A stretch of DNA of 64,000 nucleotides from Podarcis muralis (taxonomy: Eukaryota). The position numbers were made by a program, and so were the translations under genes. Where the stretch lies: assembly GCF_964188315.1 (NCBI RefSeq), contig NC_135673.1:50406001-50470000 (forward strand), written 5' to 3'. The stretch's first letter is position 1. The number at the start of each line of letters is the position of its first letter. This document shows positions 49,348 to 61,934 of this stretch, piece by piece. The notes below the pieces were generated by a model. The model worked only from the letters and a program-made list of their open reading frames with translations, did not search any database and had not been told where the DNA came from.

Positions 49348-51439
49348 GTCTGTATGGGCTCTGTTGAATTCCTGCTCTGAAAAGGAGGAGGAGGAAGCTT
49401 CGTCTGACGAAGGGAGAAGAGGAGGTAGAGGAAAAGTCAGCTGCAGGCATGAAGGTAAAAGGGGAAAAATATAAATAGAAATTGACATACAGTGGTGCCT
49501 CGCAAGACGAAAAGAATCCGTTCCGCGATTCTCTTCGTCTTGCGGTTTTTTCATCTTGCGAAGCAAGCCCATTAGCGGATTAGCGCTATTAGCGGCTTAG
49601 CAGATCAGCTGATAAGCGGCTTAGCCTCTCCTGGTATGTCCCACGGAGGACCTTAAGGTCCATAAATAGCAACACCCTAGTGGTCCCAGGCCCTAAGGAA
49701 GTTAGATTGGCTTCAATCTTGAGAACACAGACATTTTGGATCTGGAAGGGTATGACAATAGATTTGGTTGGCATGCATATATATGGTATGACAAGGTAAA
49801 ATTACATAAAGGTTTTAAAAACCATATTGTTAGGAAAGCACTATACAATGTTTGGATAAGATACAAAGATCTACTGGAAAGTAGAACTCCCAGGTGGCTA
49901 TCACCAATGGAAGCTAAAGAGATAAAAAAACTTAATATGGAGTCCAAATGGCCAAAATATTGTGAAATCTTAGAACAAGATGGTGAAAGGCTTAAATTAC
50001 AGAGTTATGACAAATTAAAGTCTAAAGTACGAGATTGGTTGCATTACCTTCAGATAAACGAGGTATTTAAACAGGACAGAAAAATAGGTTTTCAGATGGA
50101 GAGATCGAAATTAGAAACAGAATTGTTAGAACCCAATACTAAGAACTTGTCAAGAATGTATAATTTGCTGCTGAAATGGAATACACAAGATGAAACAGTA
50201 AAATCAGCTATGATCAAATGGGCACAAGACATAGGTCATGACATTATGTTTGATGACTGGGAAAAGTTATGGAATACTGGTGTTAAGTTTACGGCTTGTA
50301 ATGCCTTGAGAGAAAACATAATGAAAATGATCTATAGGTGGTACATGACCCCAGTCAAACTTGCAAAAATTTACCATTTGCCCAATAATAAATGTTGGAA
50401 ATGTAATGAGACTGAAGGTACTTTCTATCACCTTTGGTGGACCTGCCCGAAGATTAAAGCCTACTGGGAAATGATCTATAATGAAATTAAAAAGGTCCTT
50501 AAATGGACATTTTCTAAAAAACCAGAGGCTTTTCTCCTGGGCATGGTGGGCCAATTGGTGCCAAGGAAGGACAGAATTTTTTTCATGTATGCTACCACAG
50601 CAGCAAGAATTCTTCTAGCAAAGTATTGGAAGACGCAGCAGCTACCCACTCTGGAAGAATGGCAAGCGAAGGTGATTGACTACATGGGAATGGCGGAGAT
50701 GACCGGCAGAATCCGTGACCAGGGGAGTGAGACAGTGGAAGAAGATTGGAAGAAATTTAAAATATATCTTAAAAATTGTTGTAACATTGAGGAGTGCTGA
50801 GATGTTATGGTGTTAAGAAACAGAGAATTGCAGCTGTAAATCATAAGTTTAAGGAAATTATAATGAAGATGAGTCAATTAATTAAATGGAGGGTTGCTGA
50901 GAAAAGGTAAAAATAAGGATGCAGAAAAAGGGAGGTATGGGGAAGTCCGGGAAGTAAGGTGAAGGAAAATAAGTTTATGAAATTATACATGTTTATTTGT
51001 TTGTATGTTTTGTTCTGTTTTATTGTTTGTTTTTAATACATGTTTGGAAAATTAATAAAAATTATTTTTTTTTAAAAAAAAAGATTGGCTTTAATCAGAG
51101 CCAGGGCCTTTTCAACTCTGGCTCCGGCTTGGTGGAATGCTCTGCCTCATGAGACCAGGGCCCTGCAGGATCTGATTTCTTTCCTCAGGGCCTGTAAGAC
51201 AGAGTTGTTCCACCTGACCTTTGGCTTGGAGCCAATTTGATTCCCTCCCTCCCCCTCTTTCTTTTTTCTTTTCCTTTCTCCTCCTGCGATGAGGCTACAT
51301 TTTAATATTTTAATGCTTCAATATTTTAATGTTGTATTTTAATTTTGTTTTTAAGTTGTATTCATTCAACTTACTTTATTATTGCTTGTTAGCCTCCCTG
51401 AGCCCGGCCTTGGCTGGGGAGGGCGTGGTATAAATAAAA

Positions 51440-51474
<35 letters not shown>

Positions 51475-54400
51475 AAGCCATTTGAGTAATTCAGATTAAT
51501 AAAGTAGGAATAATTAATATTTACAAACCAGCAACCTCTCACCAGTTTTGGACACTTGCAGCAGCTTGCAATGTTAAGAGAGGTGCTCTAAAGAAAAGCA
51601 CTTTCTACATTTATAAGCCTTCAGAGTAGGCTCATGTTTTTTCCTTTGCCTGGAGGTATAAATGTTGTTGCGGGACGCGGGTGGCGCTGTGGGTAAAAGC
51701 CTCAGCGCCTAGGGCATGCCGATCGAAAGGTCAGCGGTTCGAATCCCCGCGGCGGGGTGCGCTCCCGCTGCTCTGTCCCAGCGCCTGCCAACCTAGCAGT
51801 TCGAAAGCACCCCCGGGTGCAAGTAGATAAATAGGGACCGCTTACTAGCAGGAAGGTAAACGGCGTTTCCGTGTGCGGCTCTGGCTCGCCAGAGCAGCGA
51901 TGTCACGCTGGCCACGTGACCCGGAAGTGTCTCCGGGCAGCGCTGGCCCCAGGCCTCTTGAGTGAGATGGGCGCACAATCCCAGAGTCTGTCAAGACTGG
52001 CCCGTACGGGCAGGGGTACCTTTACCTTTACCTTTATAAATGTTGTTAGCATATGTGCAATCACCCTGAGAACTTCAGGCAGCACTTCCTCTGCTCTCAG
52101 ACAGCAAAAGGGGATGGCAAGGGGTGCTTCATGGCATAACTTAACTTGCAGCTGCAGGAGAAGTGTGGATCCCTCAGCCATACCTAAATAGCCTTCAAAG
52201 TGCCATTTAAGAGTGCAGCATCTAGCTGTGCTGTAGACACAAAGGTTGTGGGGTTGATCCCCGTAAGGGACACCTGCAAATTCTTGCCTTGTAGTGTAGC
52301 CTTTTCAGGCTTTGCCTTCGGGTGGGAAGAGCATTGCGCCTGGGACAGGGAAGTGGGAGTCAAGCAGACACTCAAGGGTTGATCCAGAGAAAGAGCTTTA
52401 TTACTACTTTTATTACTCCTTGGTAGAAGGAGCAAGCGCAATAACTCACAAGCTTAGCACAAGTTCACAGCCATTTGCACAGAGCATATATTCCCCTCCA
52501 GTTCCCTCCCCCTTCTCCCCCTCCTCAGAAGTCTTGCCTCATGAGTTTCCCTGAGCATGAACAGAAAGCTCCTGTCTTGGGACTCTTGGCGCCCTTCCCA
52601 GGAAAGGGGAATGAGAAGCCAAGGGGGTTGAGGAGCCTTGCGTTTCAGCATGTCCAAGATGTGTTGCAACTGGATGAGATAAGACTCAGTTCCCAGGCCT
52701 GCTTATTCTTGGCATTGATAGAGTCTATTCATTAGCTTCTTGAAGTTCTCTCGTACTGATAGAAATAACGTTTTGCCTATGCAGCAGCATCTTGTGAGAA
52801 AGCAGAGAAGAGCAGAGAAAAGCTGAAGCTGTGGATTTTTAGAAGAGAGAAAGGGAAAATTTGGTTTTGAGGCCTGGGGTGAAGTCTTGAGGCCTGGGAT
52901 GACTTCGGGCCTAGGTGGGGTCACCTGTCCTCACCTCCTTCAGTAGCAGGTTGGACTAGATGATCCTTGGGGTCCCTTCCCAATATATACTCACCCACTC
53001 ACCCACCATCTTTGGAAAGTGCTTCAGAAAGAAGAAAGAGAAATAGCATTCCTTTAAGTTAGTTGTAGTTGTTGGCATGCAGAGGGTCGCAAGGCCAGCT
53101 GGGTAGCCCCAGCTGGGTCGTCTCCTTCCAGCCATCCCGCTGCGAAGACCCATCTGCCTCTGCTCCAATGTAAATCAGTGACCCAGGCTTCAAAGCCAGG
53201 GTACAATATATCAGCCGAGTGAACTGCGCACACAGAATAGGCGTGAGGCTTGTGGAAGCATACTACAACTATGGAATTATTAATCATAAATAAGGACAAA
53301 GAAACATGTCATCTCTCTCTTTGTCCTCTCAGAGAGACAGAGAGAAGCAAAAGCTATGCAGTGGTACTTCGGGTTACAGACGCTAACCCAGAAATAGTAC
53401 CTCGGGTTAAGAACTTTGCATCAGGATGAGAACAGAAATCGTGCCGTGGCGCCAGCGGGAGGTCCCATTAGCTAAAGTGGTACCTCAGGTTAAGAACAGT
53501 TTCAGGTTAAGAATGGACCTTCAGAACGAATTAAGTTCCTAACCTGAGGTACCAGTGTATTTATTATTAGGTTGAAAATTGTAACTAAGGACAAGCAAGT
53601 AAGTGTCCTCACAGGCCTTGGGATCTAGCTCCTGACTTTAGGAGATACAATCTTTTATCTTATCTAAATAATGTTCCTTGCCTATCATGGTGATAGAAAA
53701 CCATTTAGCAGAAAATCAGCTAAATGAAAGTGTTGGAGTGTGCAGCTTTGTGACAAAAACCACACTGGTTCTCCTTTGTTCCCTTTTGCCACTCCTGTCT
53801 TTGTGCCCTTCTAACAAGCCCTTCCCTATTTCTGGAACAAGTTGCTCCTTTCTATTCGGCCTTGCTTACTTGCTTCCTCATTCTGTTTCAAATCCTTCAT
53901 TAAGCTTTCATTCGCTCGTTCATAAAATGTGTGCTTCCTCCAAACTTGAAGACTCAGGACTAAAAATGGATTTAAGTATATTCAGTGTGAAAGTTCTCAC
54001 CTTGGCTACCTTAGCCTTCACCAAGTAAAAAAATGAAATGAGTATTTGTAACTTTTTGGAATGATACTCAGGCTTGTGCTTCAGTTAACGGACAGCCTTT
54101 CTATTCATTACTTGCATCAGAACATAGTTCGTGGATGGCATTGTTCGTGGATGGCAAGATCAACCAATTTGTTGATCTTGGCGTTCACAAGAGAAGGAGG
54201 CAATCTCCCTTGTATTCAAGGTTTCTCAGTCAAGCCCAGCACCTTGAATTGTACCTAGAAAATATTCTAGTCTTTTGAGAGGTGCTACATCAGAGAAAGC
54301 TTCCAGGCAGTGTTCAGTGGCAGCTATAATCAGAGTGCACTACAGTAGTATAGCTTCTCTTGGAAAGTCTTTCCATATCGGTATTGGCATTTGTACAACT

Positions 54401-57400
54401 TCTGCTGCCTTCAGCATCCTTTGCAACGCTCCTGGGCTCCTTTTACCTTTGCCCAGCTGTATTGTGTAGTCTATGGCCACACTCACTTTGTGATCATGAT
54501 CTCAGCAGCAGCTTTGGAAATTTGCCATGTGCCTGACACCTTTTGCACCTGCCTATCAACTACTACAACAACTCTTGGGAGAAAAGCAATGACAAACCTA
54601 GACAGCATCTTAAAAAGCAGAGACATCACCTTGCCAACAAAGGTCTGTATGGTTAAAGTTATGGTATTCCCAGTAGTGATGTATGGAAGTGAGAGCTGGA
54701 CCATAAAGAAGGCTGATCGCCAAACAACTGATGCTTTTGAATTATGGTGCTGGAGGAGACTCTTGAGAGTCCCATGGACTGCAAGAAGATCAAATGTATC
54801 CATTCTTAAGGAAATCAGCCCTGAGTGCTCACTGGAAGGACAGATCCTGAAGCTGAGACTCCAATACTTTGGCCACAGCATGAGAAGAGAAGACTCCCTG
54901 TGTTAAGTTGTGGGTGAACATATCAGACAACACAGTGATTCTTCAAACAGCTCTTGTTTATTCACAGGCCAGAACAGAACTGAAATGAAGGGTTCAGTCA
55001 GCCTGCTTATATAGAGCTCCAGTACAATGTAACTGTAACAACTTTCTGTAACTATCCAATCACTGAATGTCACTTTCGATCCCATATTTGCATAACTACA
55101 GTACCCCCCTGCTGGCCCAGGGTGAGAACTTCAGTACATAATACCCCTCCCCACCGAGATAAGGCATTAGTTACAATCGTAATGGTTTCCTTATATACAG
55201 CACTACACGTAATAGTTCAATTAGGCACAAAAGCATATCGGTTACATTTCACCTACTTCCATTAGACTGGCAGTATTACATGTCCAACAACATAGTCCTT
55301 TAAATAAGTTAGGCGCTTGGAAACTCTGCCAGACCGCCGGGGACTGGTACCCAAGTCCGGGGGGCCGCCCAATTCTTGCTGAGGCTGTGGCGAGACCCTA
55401 GGTGGCGTTGAAACCAAGTCCCCTGGATCTGCTGCTGTGGGTGGAACCTCCGCAAGTGGAGTTGGCGGAATGTCAGGCACGGCAGTGGTCTGAGTCTGTG
55501 GGAAGTCCGGCAGACCCTCTGAAGCGGCATGGTTCGGCTCCATGCCTGCAATTTGCGAGAGAGGTGTAGGTGGAGCCTCGCCATCTGTAAGTGTCTGTTC
55601 CGGAGCCATGAGCGCAGTTGGGGGCACCACGGTAGTGTCCAAGTCCCCAACCCTGCGCCTAAGCTGGTCTATGTGCCGGCACCACAAACGTCTGTTTTCG
55701 AGTGCCACCTGGTATGAGCGAGGTCCAGTGACTCCCACTACTGTGGCTGGCACCCAAGGAATGTCCCCCACAAAGTTCTGGGCAAAGTTTCCTGGAACAA
55801 ATGACCGTGGTGCATTGGCACAGCCTGGGGGTTCGGCCACGGCAAAGTCCGGGTACAGCCGGTCGAGTGGGGACCTGAGGCGGCGGCCCATAAGCTGTTC
55901 AGCAGGACTCCGGCCTGTGGCCGCATGAGGGGTGATGTGTTGCACTAACAAGTATTTGGCGACCCGCTCGTGGCAGTCTACCTGGTCCAGGTGCGCCAGT
56001 GCCTCTTTTGCCGAGCGCACCATTCTCTCCGCTTGCCCATTGCTGGATGGATGAAATGGTGCCGTTAGGATATGGCGGATGCCCAGTCCCAAAAAGTATC
56101 GCTCAAAAGTGCCTGAGGTGACCTGCAGTCCGGTCTCGGAGACGAGGACATCAGGACACCCATGCGTTGCAAAGAGGCCTCGCAGCACCCGGATGACTGC
56201 CTGGACTACCTCCAGCCATTTGTTGTTGTTTTTTTAATGATATTTATTAAGAATTTAAAATTTACAGAAAAACAGAAAAAGGAGAGAGAGAAAAGAAATT
56301 AAACAATACAAATCAACATTTTTTTTAAAAAAATACAAAACACACAATACATCAAAACCAAAACCAAAAGAAAAAAAAGGATTAAAAACAAATCCAATAT
56401 TCCCATATCTTTATCTTTCATTACCTTGTTTCATCGACCTCCTCACACCTTCCTTTTTTGTATTCTAATTATGGCGGATGCCCAGTCCCAAAAGATATCG
56501 CTCAAAAGTGCCACCACCTCGGTAGTGGTGGTGGGCATCAGGGCCACCTCCAGCCATTTGGATTAGGCGTCCACCACTACCATAAAGGTCTGGCCGCGAA
56601 AGGGGCTTGCCAGATTGATGTGCACCCTCGACCAGGGTGTCTTGGGCGTCTCCTAGGTGTGTCCCTTAGTTGCCGGTGTTGCAGGCCTGATGTTGGGAAA
56701 GATGGAGGGCACAAGGAGAAGGGGATGACAGAGGACGAGATGGTTGGATAGTGTTCTCGAAGCTACCAGCATGAGTTTGACCAAACTGTGGGAGGCAGTG
56801 GAAGACAGGAGTGCCTGGCGTGCTCTGGTCCATGGGGTCACGAAGAGTCGGACACGACTTAGCGACTAAACAAGTTGTGCCCAGGTGCCAGGATGGTGCC
56901 CAACGTCTCCACCATCTGGAGGTACGTGCCTGGGGATCCTTGCATCTTGACTATTTCATACAGGAGCAACACATCCTGTAGAATTATATCTGTTATACTT
57001 ATCTACACCAGCAGAATAAATTTCAGGAACCAAAAAGTCATTGAGCCATCTGGCCCCAAAATGGCAACTAGGCATTCCATTTAGGTGAGGGTCATGCCAC
57101 ATCAAATCAACGCAAAAAAAAAAAAAAAGGTTTCGCCACCCACCATCTCAGATTTTGATGAAACTTTCAACATGTAGCAGAATAAAACAGAAATCCCTTC
57201 TTCAGCAAACTTCAATGCGTAAGCAGATATTGGAAGATGGTAAAAGAAGAAGACAAATTCTGCTCCACCAACCACAGGCACTTTTACTCTGCATTTTGCT
57301 TAATAAAGTATGTTTCACATCTCAGATATTCTCACTCATCCTCACACAATTTTTGAGCATGCTCTTTGCAGGGCCCTGTTGACCTGTACAACCTTTACCA

Positions 57401-57510
57401 GTAACGCTTCTCACAGGCCCTGTTGCTGTGATCCTGAGTTGCCCTTGGGGTTGCCCAGAGGCCTATAACTAATACCGGTATTTTTTAAAACACTCAGACT
57501 CATACTGTTA

Positions 57511-57593
<83 letters not shown>

Positions 57594-60500
57594 TATACAC
57601 ACACATCATATGTCATTCCCTTTCTCCTGCTACTGCAGGGGCCCTTTGGACCTTACTCCTGTCATGGTCTTTTTCCTGGAACCCGTTGTCTTTAAAGTGT
57701 GGCCTCCCGGCGCCAGGAACAGGGAAGGATGACTCTCTTCGGAAATCCCCGAGTGCGCGCTTGAGTCAGGATTCGCTTCCTCAGCTAATAAGAATGATGC
57801 CAAATAAAATAAATTCAGATACAATCAATGAGACGATATACCAAAACAAAACAATAATACTTCACCAAAGAAGAGGTCTGAGAGGGTACCTAGGCTACAA
57901 ATGGTTCAGCTTTCACTAAGTAGTGTAATTAGCTGACACTGTTAGTTAGTACAAAGTTGCATGCTAAAGGCCTCCAGCAGGTGAATTAGATGACATCCAG
58001 ATTTCAAGGTACAGCACCTAATACACACACCAGCAATACAGATAACAGCAACACTTACAACTGCAAACCCAAACCTGGAATTACACAAAACAATTTAGGT
58101 CTAGTTCAGTGTTTAAACCTTTGGGGTGTAAGGATTTAAAAAAGGAAAATCAACCTGGCTTCTTGCTGATGTAACATAGTGACTTTTAAATTCACTTTCC
58201 ATAACTTTTCCCAGTCTTCCATTTGTATGTTGTGTCCTATATCTTGTGCCCCACTTAATCATTACACTTTTTACCTCTTCATCTTTAGTTTCCTATTCTA
58301 ATAATAAATTATACATTTTCTTTAGGAGTCTGGTGTTCTCATCTATAATTTCTCTTTGGAATCTAGCTATGGTGCAACTGAATCCTTTTCTTGTTATCTT
58401 CTTTTAAAATCTCATTTATTTGATGATGTTGCAGCCAATCATAAACATAATCTTTTATTTCATTAAACTCCTTGAGTTTTAATTTCCCTTCTCTCTCTTC
58501 TAGTAGATCCCTATATGTAGGCCATACTCTTTCCCTATTTAATCTTTTTAATTGGGATACCAACCAATTAAAGTCTTTATGTACCTTCCCTTTATTATAC
58601 CATAGATATGCATGGCATCCAAATCTGTTATCATGTCCTTCCAGATCTAACAAATCTGTACAGTGGTGCCTCGCAAGACCAAATTAATCCGTTCCGCGAG
58701 TCTCTTCGTCTTGCGGTTTTTTTGTCTTGCGAAGCACGGCTATTAGCGGCTTAGCGGCTATTAACGGCTTAGCGGCTTTAAGAAAAAGGAAACAAACTCG
58801 CAAGAACTCGCAAGACGTTTCGTCTTGCAAAGCAAGCCCATAGGGAAATTCGTCTTGCGGAACGACTCAAAAAACGGAAAACCCTTTCGTCTAGCGAGTT
58901 TTTAGTCTTGCGAGGCATTCGTCTTGCGGGGCACCACTGTATTTTCTAATTTGATCCAATCCAAGTAACACAAACCGCTTCATAATAAAGTTTAAAATCT
59001 GGAAGGGAGAATCCTGCTCTGTCTTTATGTCTGTATTGTATATTTTATACTTGGTTGCTTCCCTTTCCAGATGAATTTTGAAACATCTTTTTGCCATTTT
59101 TGAAAGCATATTGTGCTACTTATAACTGGAATTGTCTGGAATAGAAACAACATTTTTGGCAATGCGTTCATCTTGATTGCCGCAATTCTTCTCGATAATG
59201 ATAAATTTATGCTACTCCATATTTCTAGATTCCTTTTTATTCCATTCCAGATTTTTTCATAATTATCTTTATAAATATTAATTGACATTACTTCTAATGG
59301 AGATACCCATCAAAGGTGGGGGGGCTCTTTTCAAGTTTGTCTAGATCATGGAGCACCAATTGGTAGAACAGTGTGATAGATGGGTTGGAATTAGGTGGAA
59401 CGAAGGAAGATTTGTGTTTAAACTGCTGTAATGGCTGAGTCATTGAATTAGAAACTACTAGGGACACAACATATTAAAATGTAGCTTATTTGGTGAGTTC
59501 TTTTTGCTGAGTTGCTCTTCTGATCCTTTCTTGCTCTCATCCTTTCTTGCAGGATGGTTTTTTTCTAAAGAAAAAAGAAAAAAAAAGAAAATTTACCCAG
59601 ATGAAGAGGCCCCTGCAGGCAGTATGCTGCTGGCATTGGCGAAGCCTTCTCAATCAGCTGCAGAGGCCAGGAGGAAAACTCAGGCCCCACCAGTAGTCTT
59701 GTCAGGGTTGGTACAGCCCCAGACCAGCACTCTTCATCCGGTCAGCAGCAGGCAAGACCCAAGGCAGCAGCGGCCCTTGTCCCTGCTCAAAAAGAAGAGC
59801 CTCGAGGTCTCTACTCAGGCCCCACCAGTAGTCTTGCCAGGGTTGGTACAGCCCCAGACCAGCACTCTTCATCCGGTCAGCAGCAGGCAAGACTTGAGGC
59901 AGCAGCGGCCCTTGTCCCTGCTCAAAAAGAAGAGCCTCAAGGACTCTGGGCCAGCGTTCCCAGGTGAGTAGGCAGAACCAGATCCCTTTTGGGTTTTCCT
60001 TGGCAAGGCCTGCATCATACAAGGCCGGGGTCTCTCTTGGTTTCCTTGATGGCTGGGTGCAAGTCCCCCCCACTTCACCTCTCCTTTTTAAGAGGCATGT
60101 AACATGGAGCAGGGACTTCCGGGTGGCTGCCCCTGTTCTGCATTGCTGGGGGTTGGACTAGGTGACCCCACAGGTCCCTTCAGACGCTACAGTTCTATGA
60201 TCCCTGTTCAGATATGGCTTGCACCCGCTCATTGCAACAGTTGAGAAGCCCCCCGACAAAGAACTTGCCATCTTTTCTCGTGTATAAGACGAGGTTTTTT
60301 ACCCCAAAAATCATGTGTCAAATTGGGGCTCCTCTTCTACATGGGTAGTGCTGAGGGGGCACGGGTGCTTGGTTGTAGCCACTCGGAGGAGATTTACAGC
60401 CATGATTTCTTTGCTGTGGAAAGGGCTGTTGTCGATTGGCTGCTGCTGTGGCAATCGGGCAGACGATAGGTGACTTGGTGGTTGATGTGTGCAATTTGAT

Positions 60501-60847
60501 TAATGGCTCCCCCCCCCCAAAGCTCTGGGCAACCCCTCCCCAAAAAAGCTTAACAAGTCTTGGCAATCTTCCCCCCATTTTCTAAATTTTGAGTACCCAA
60601 AAATCTTATACATGGGGGGGTGTTATACATGGAAAAATACGGTACCTTTGCCTCTTGTCTGCCTCATTTACTCACCTCTCTTTCTCTCTCTCTCTTTCTT
60701 TCTCAAGAACTCTCAGATGAAAACTTCGGGTACTTGTGGATGGGTAAGAAGATGCTGGGAGGAAGAACACTCAGAGAAACTTTGGAGATGATGAATAAGA
60801 GGGAAATTTTGGACACCATCCTCCAACACCTCCAGCCACCTCCCCAG
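49348..60847 (+). CDS. Unidentified multi-exon gene, candidate exons 49348-49454, (57639-57873), 59601-59963, 60708-60847; probably continues beyond the window
   Basis: Each segment has a polypyrimidine-AG acceptor and a GT donor, and phases chain (1-1-1-0) into one open frame: SVWALLNSCSEKEEEEASS...HE / DEEAPAGSMLLALAKP...DSGPAFP / ELSDENFGYLWMGKKMLGGRTLRETLEMMNKREILDTILQHLQPPPQ. I do not recognise the protein and the start codon is unresolved. Confidence 0.45.
49719..51081 (+). mobile_element. 5'-truncated L1 (sister subfamily of the full-length copy) inserted in an L2-like fragment
   Basis: Uninterrupted 354-codon ORF2 C-terminus (49736-50800), colinear with the end of ORF2 at 26313-30053, then 3' UTR and poly(A). 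TSD AGATTGGCTT(C/T)AATC at 49704-49718 and 51082-51096. Confidence 0.9.
51670..52034 (+). mobile_element. Sauria SINE, full length, 13-bp TSD
   Basis: Same family as 12743-13098. TSD TATAAATGTTGTT at 51657-51669 and 52035-52047. Confidence 0.92.
54573..56872 (+). mobile_element. BovB (RTE) 3' fragment split by a Gypsy piece (halves 54573-54900 and about 56683-56872)
   Basis: LGRKAMTNLDSILKSRDITLPTKV...LRLQYFGHSMRREDSL on the left half resumes as (L)MLGKMEG..EDEMVG plus the BovB tail on the right half. Confidence 0.85.
54901..56682 (-). mobile_element. Gypsy LTR retrotransposon remnant: 3' LTR (about 54901-55142), PPT and decayed integrase
   Basis: LTR begins TGTTAAG; a purine tract (GGTGGGGAGGGGT on -) adjoins it. 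Integrase peptides PWSRVHI..FMVVVDA*SKWLEV, LFATHGCPDVLVSE and APFHPSSNGQAERMV contain stop codons and deletions. Confidence 0.82.
57510..57605 (+). repeat. Compound (CT)n(CA)n microsatellite
   Basis: Direct reading. Confidence 0.97.
58200..59290 (-). mobile_element. Degraded L1 ORF2 fragment interrupted by a family-A MITE (58661-58939)
   Basis: Peptides DNYEKIWNGIKRNLEIW..KMNALPKMLFLFQ and LDLEGHDNRFGCHAYLWYNK, with deletions and stops; homologous to ORF2 above. Confidence 0.8.
60270..60645. mobile_element. pogo-type MITE remnant (CCGTATTTT.. TIR family)
   Basis: Right end TTATACATGGAAAAATACGG|TA; eroded left end TTTTCTCGTGTATAAGAC. Confidence 0.55.
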
Positions 60848-61249
60848 GTGTGTGTGATGCAGGCTGGATTTGATTGAAATCAAATCAATTTAAATCATGA
60901 TTCAAATCACTAGTCAGGAAAACTTGATTTAAATAATGTTTTTACATTTTTGCTGGTATAATCTTAATATTTACAACCAGATGAAGGTTTCATTTTGGGA
61001 ATAATAATTTTTCAGAGTAGTTTTTACTACTGATTTGGTTATACTGTTAGGAATGCATAGACAGATACCGTATTTTTCGCACCATAGGACGCACTTTTTC
61101 CCTCCTAAAAAGCAAGGGAAAATGTGTGTGCGTCCTATGGAGCGAATGCAGGCTTTCGCTGAAGCCTGGAGAGTGAGAGGGGTCGGTGCGCACCGACCCC
61201 TCTCGCTCTCCAGGCTTCAGGAAGCTATCCGCTAGCCGCGGCATTAATC

Positions 61250-61900
61250 CCGAAGCTTGGGGCGCGCGGAGCTCAGCGCGCCCCAAGCTTCTGGGTGCCG
61301 GCAAGGTCTCGCTAGCCCTGGGAGAGCCCCGCGACGTTGCGTGGCTCTCCCAGGGCTAGCGAAGCGCCGCGCTAATCCCAAAGTTTGGGGCGCGCGGAGC
61401 TCAGCGTGCCCCAAGCTTCTGGGCGCCGGCAAGGTCTCGCTAGCCCTGGGAGAGCCCCGCGACGTTGCGTGGCTCTCCCAGGGCTAGCGAAGCGCCGCGC
61501 TAATCCCGAAGCTTGGGGCGCGCGGAGCTCAGCGCGCCCCAAGCTTCTGGGTGCCGGCAAGGTCTCGCTAGCCCTGGGAGAGCCCCGCGACGTTGCGTGG
61601 CTCTCCCAGGGCTAGCGAAGCGCCGCGCTAATCCCGAAGCTTGGGGCGCGCGGAGCTCAGCGCGCCCCAAGCTTCTGGGCGCCGGCAAGGTCTCGCTAGC
61701 CCTGGGAGAGCCCCGCGATGTTGCGTGGCTCTCCCAGGGCTAGCGAAGCGCCGCGCTAATCCTGAAGCTTGGGGCGCGCGGAGCTCAGCGCGCCCCAAGC
61801 TTCTGGGCGCCGGCAAGGTCTCGCTAGCCCTGGGAGAGCCCCGCGACGTTGCGTGGCTCTCCCAGGGCTAGCGAAGCGCCGCGCTAATCCCGAAGCTTGG
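61250..61900. repeat. Tandem array, 128-bp unit x5, two hairpins per unit
   Basis: Period 128 (ORF-track starts 61257, 61385, 61513, 61641, 61769); units nearly identical. Confidence 0.95.
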
Positions 61901-61934
61901 GGCTTCGGGATTAGCGCTCCGCTAGCCGTGTCTA

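Noticed and set aside
55262-56188. 308-aa integrase-like ORF as a domesticated gene
   Set aside because: Catalytic region is damaged (VSE where DDE-type VSD is expected, internal deletions, upstream stop codon) and it sits in a one-LTR remnant.
57630-57824. Minus-strand 64-aa ORF as an exon of another gene
   Set aside because: No partner exons found; the + strand reading has the better acceptor and is noted only as a tentative exon of the orphan gene.
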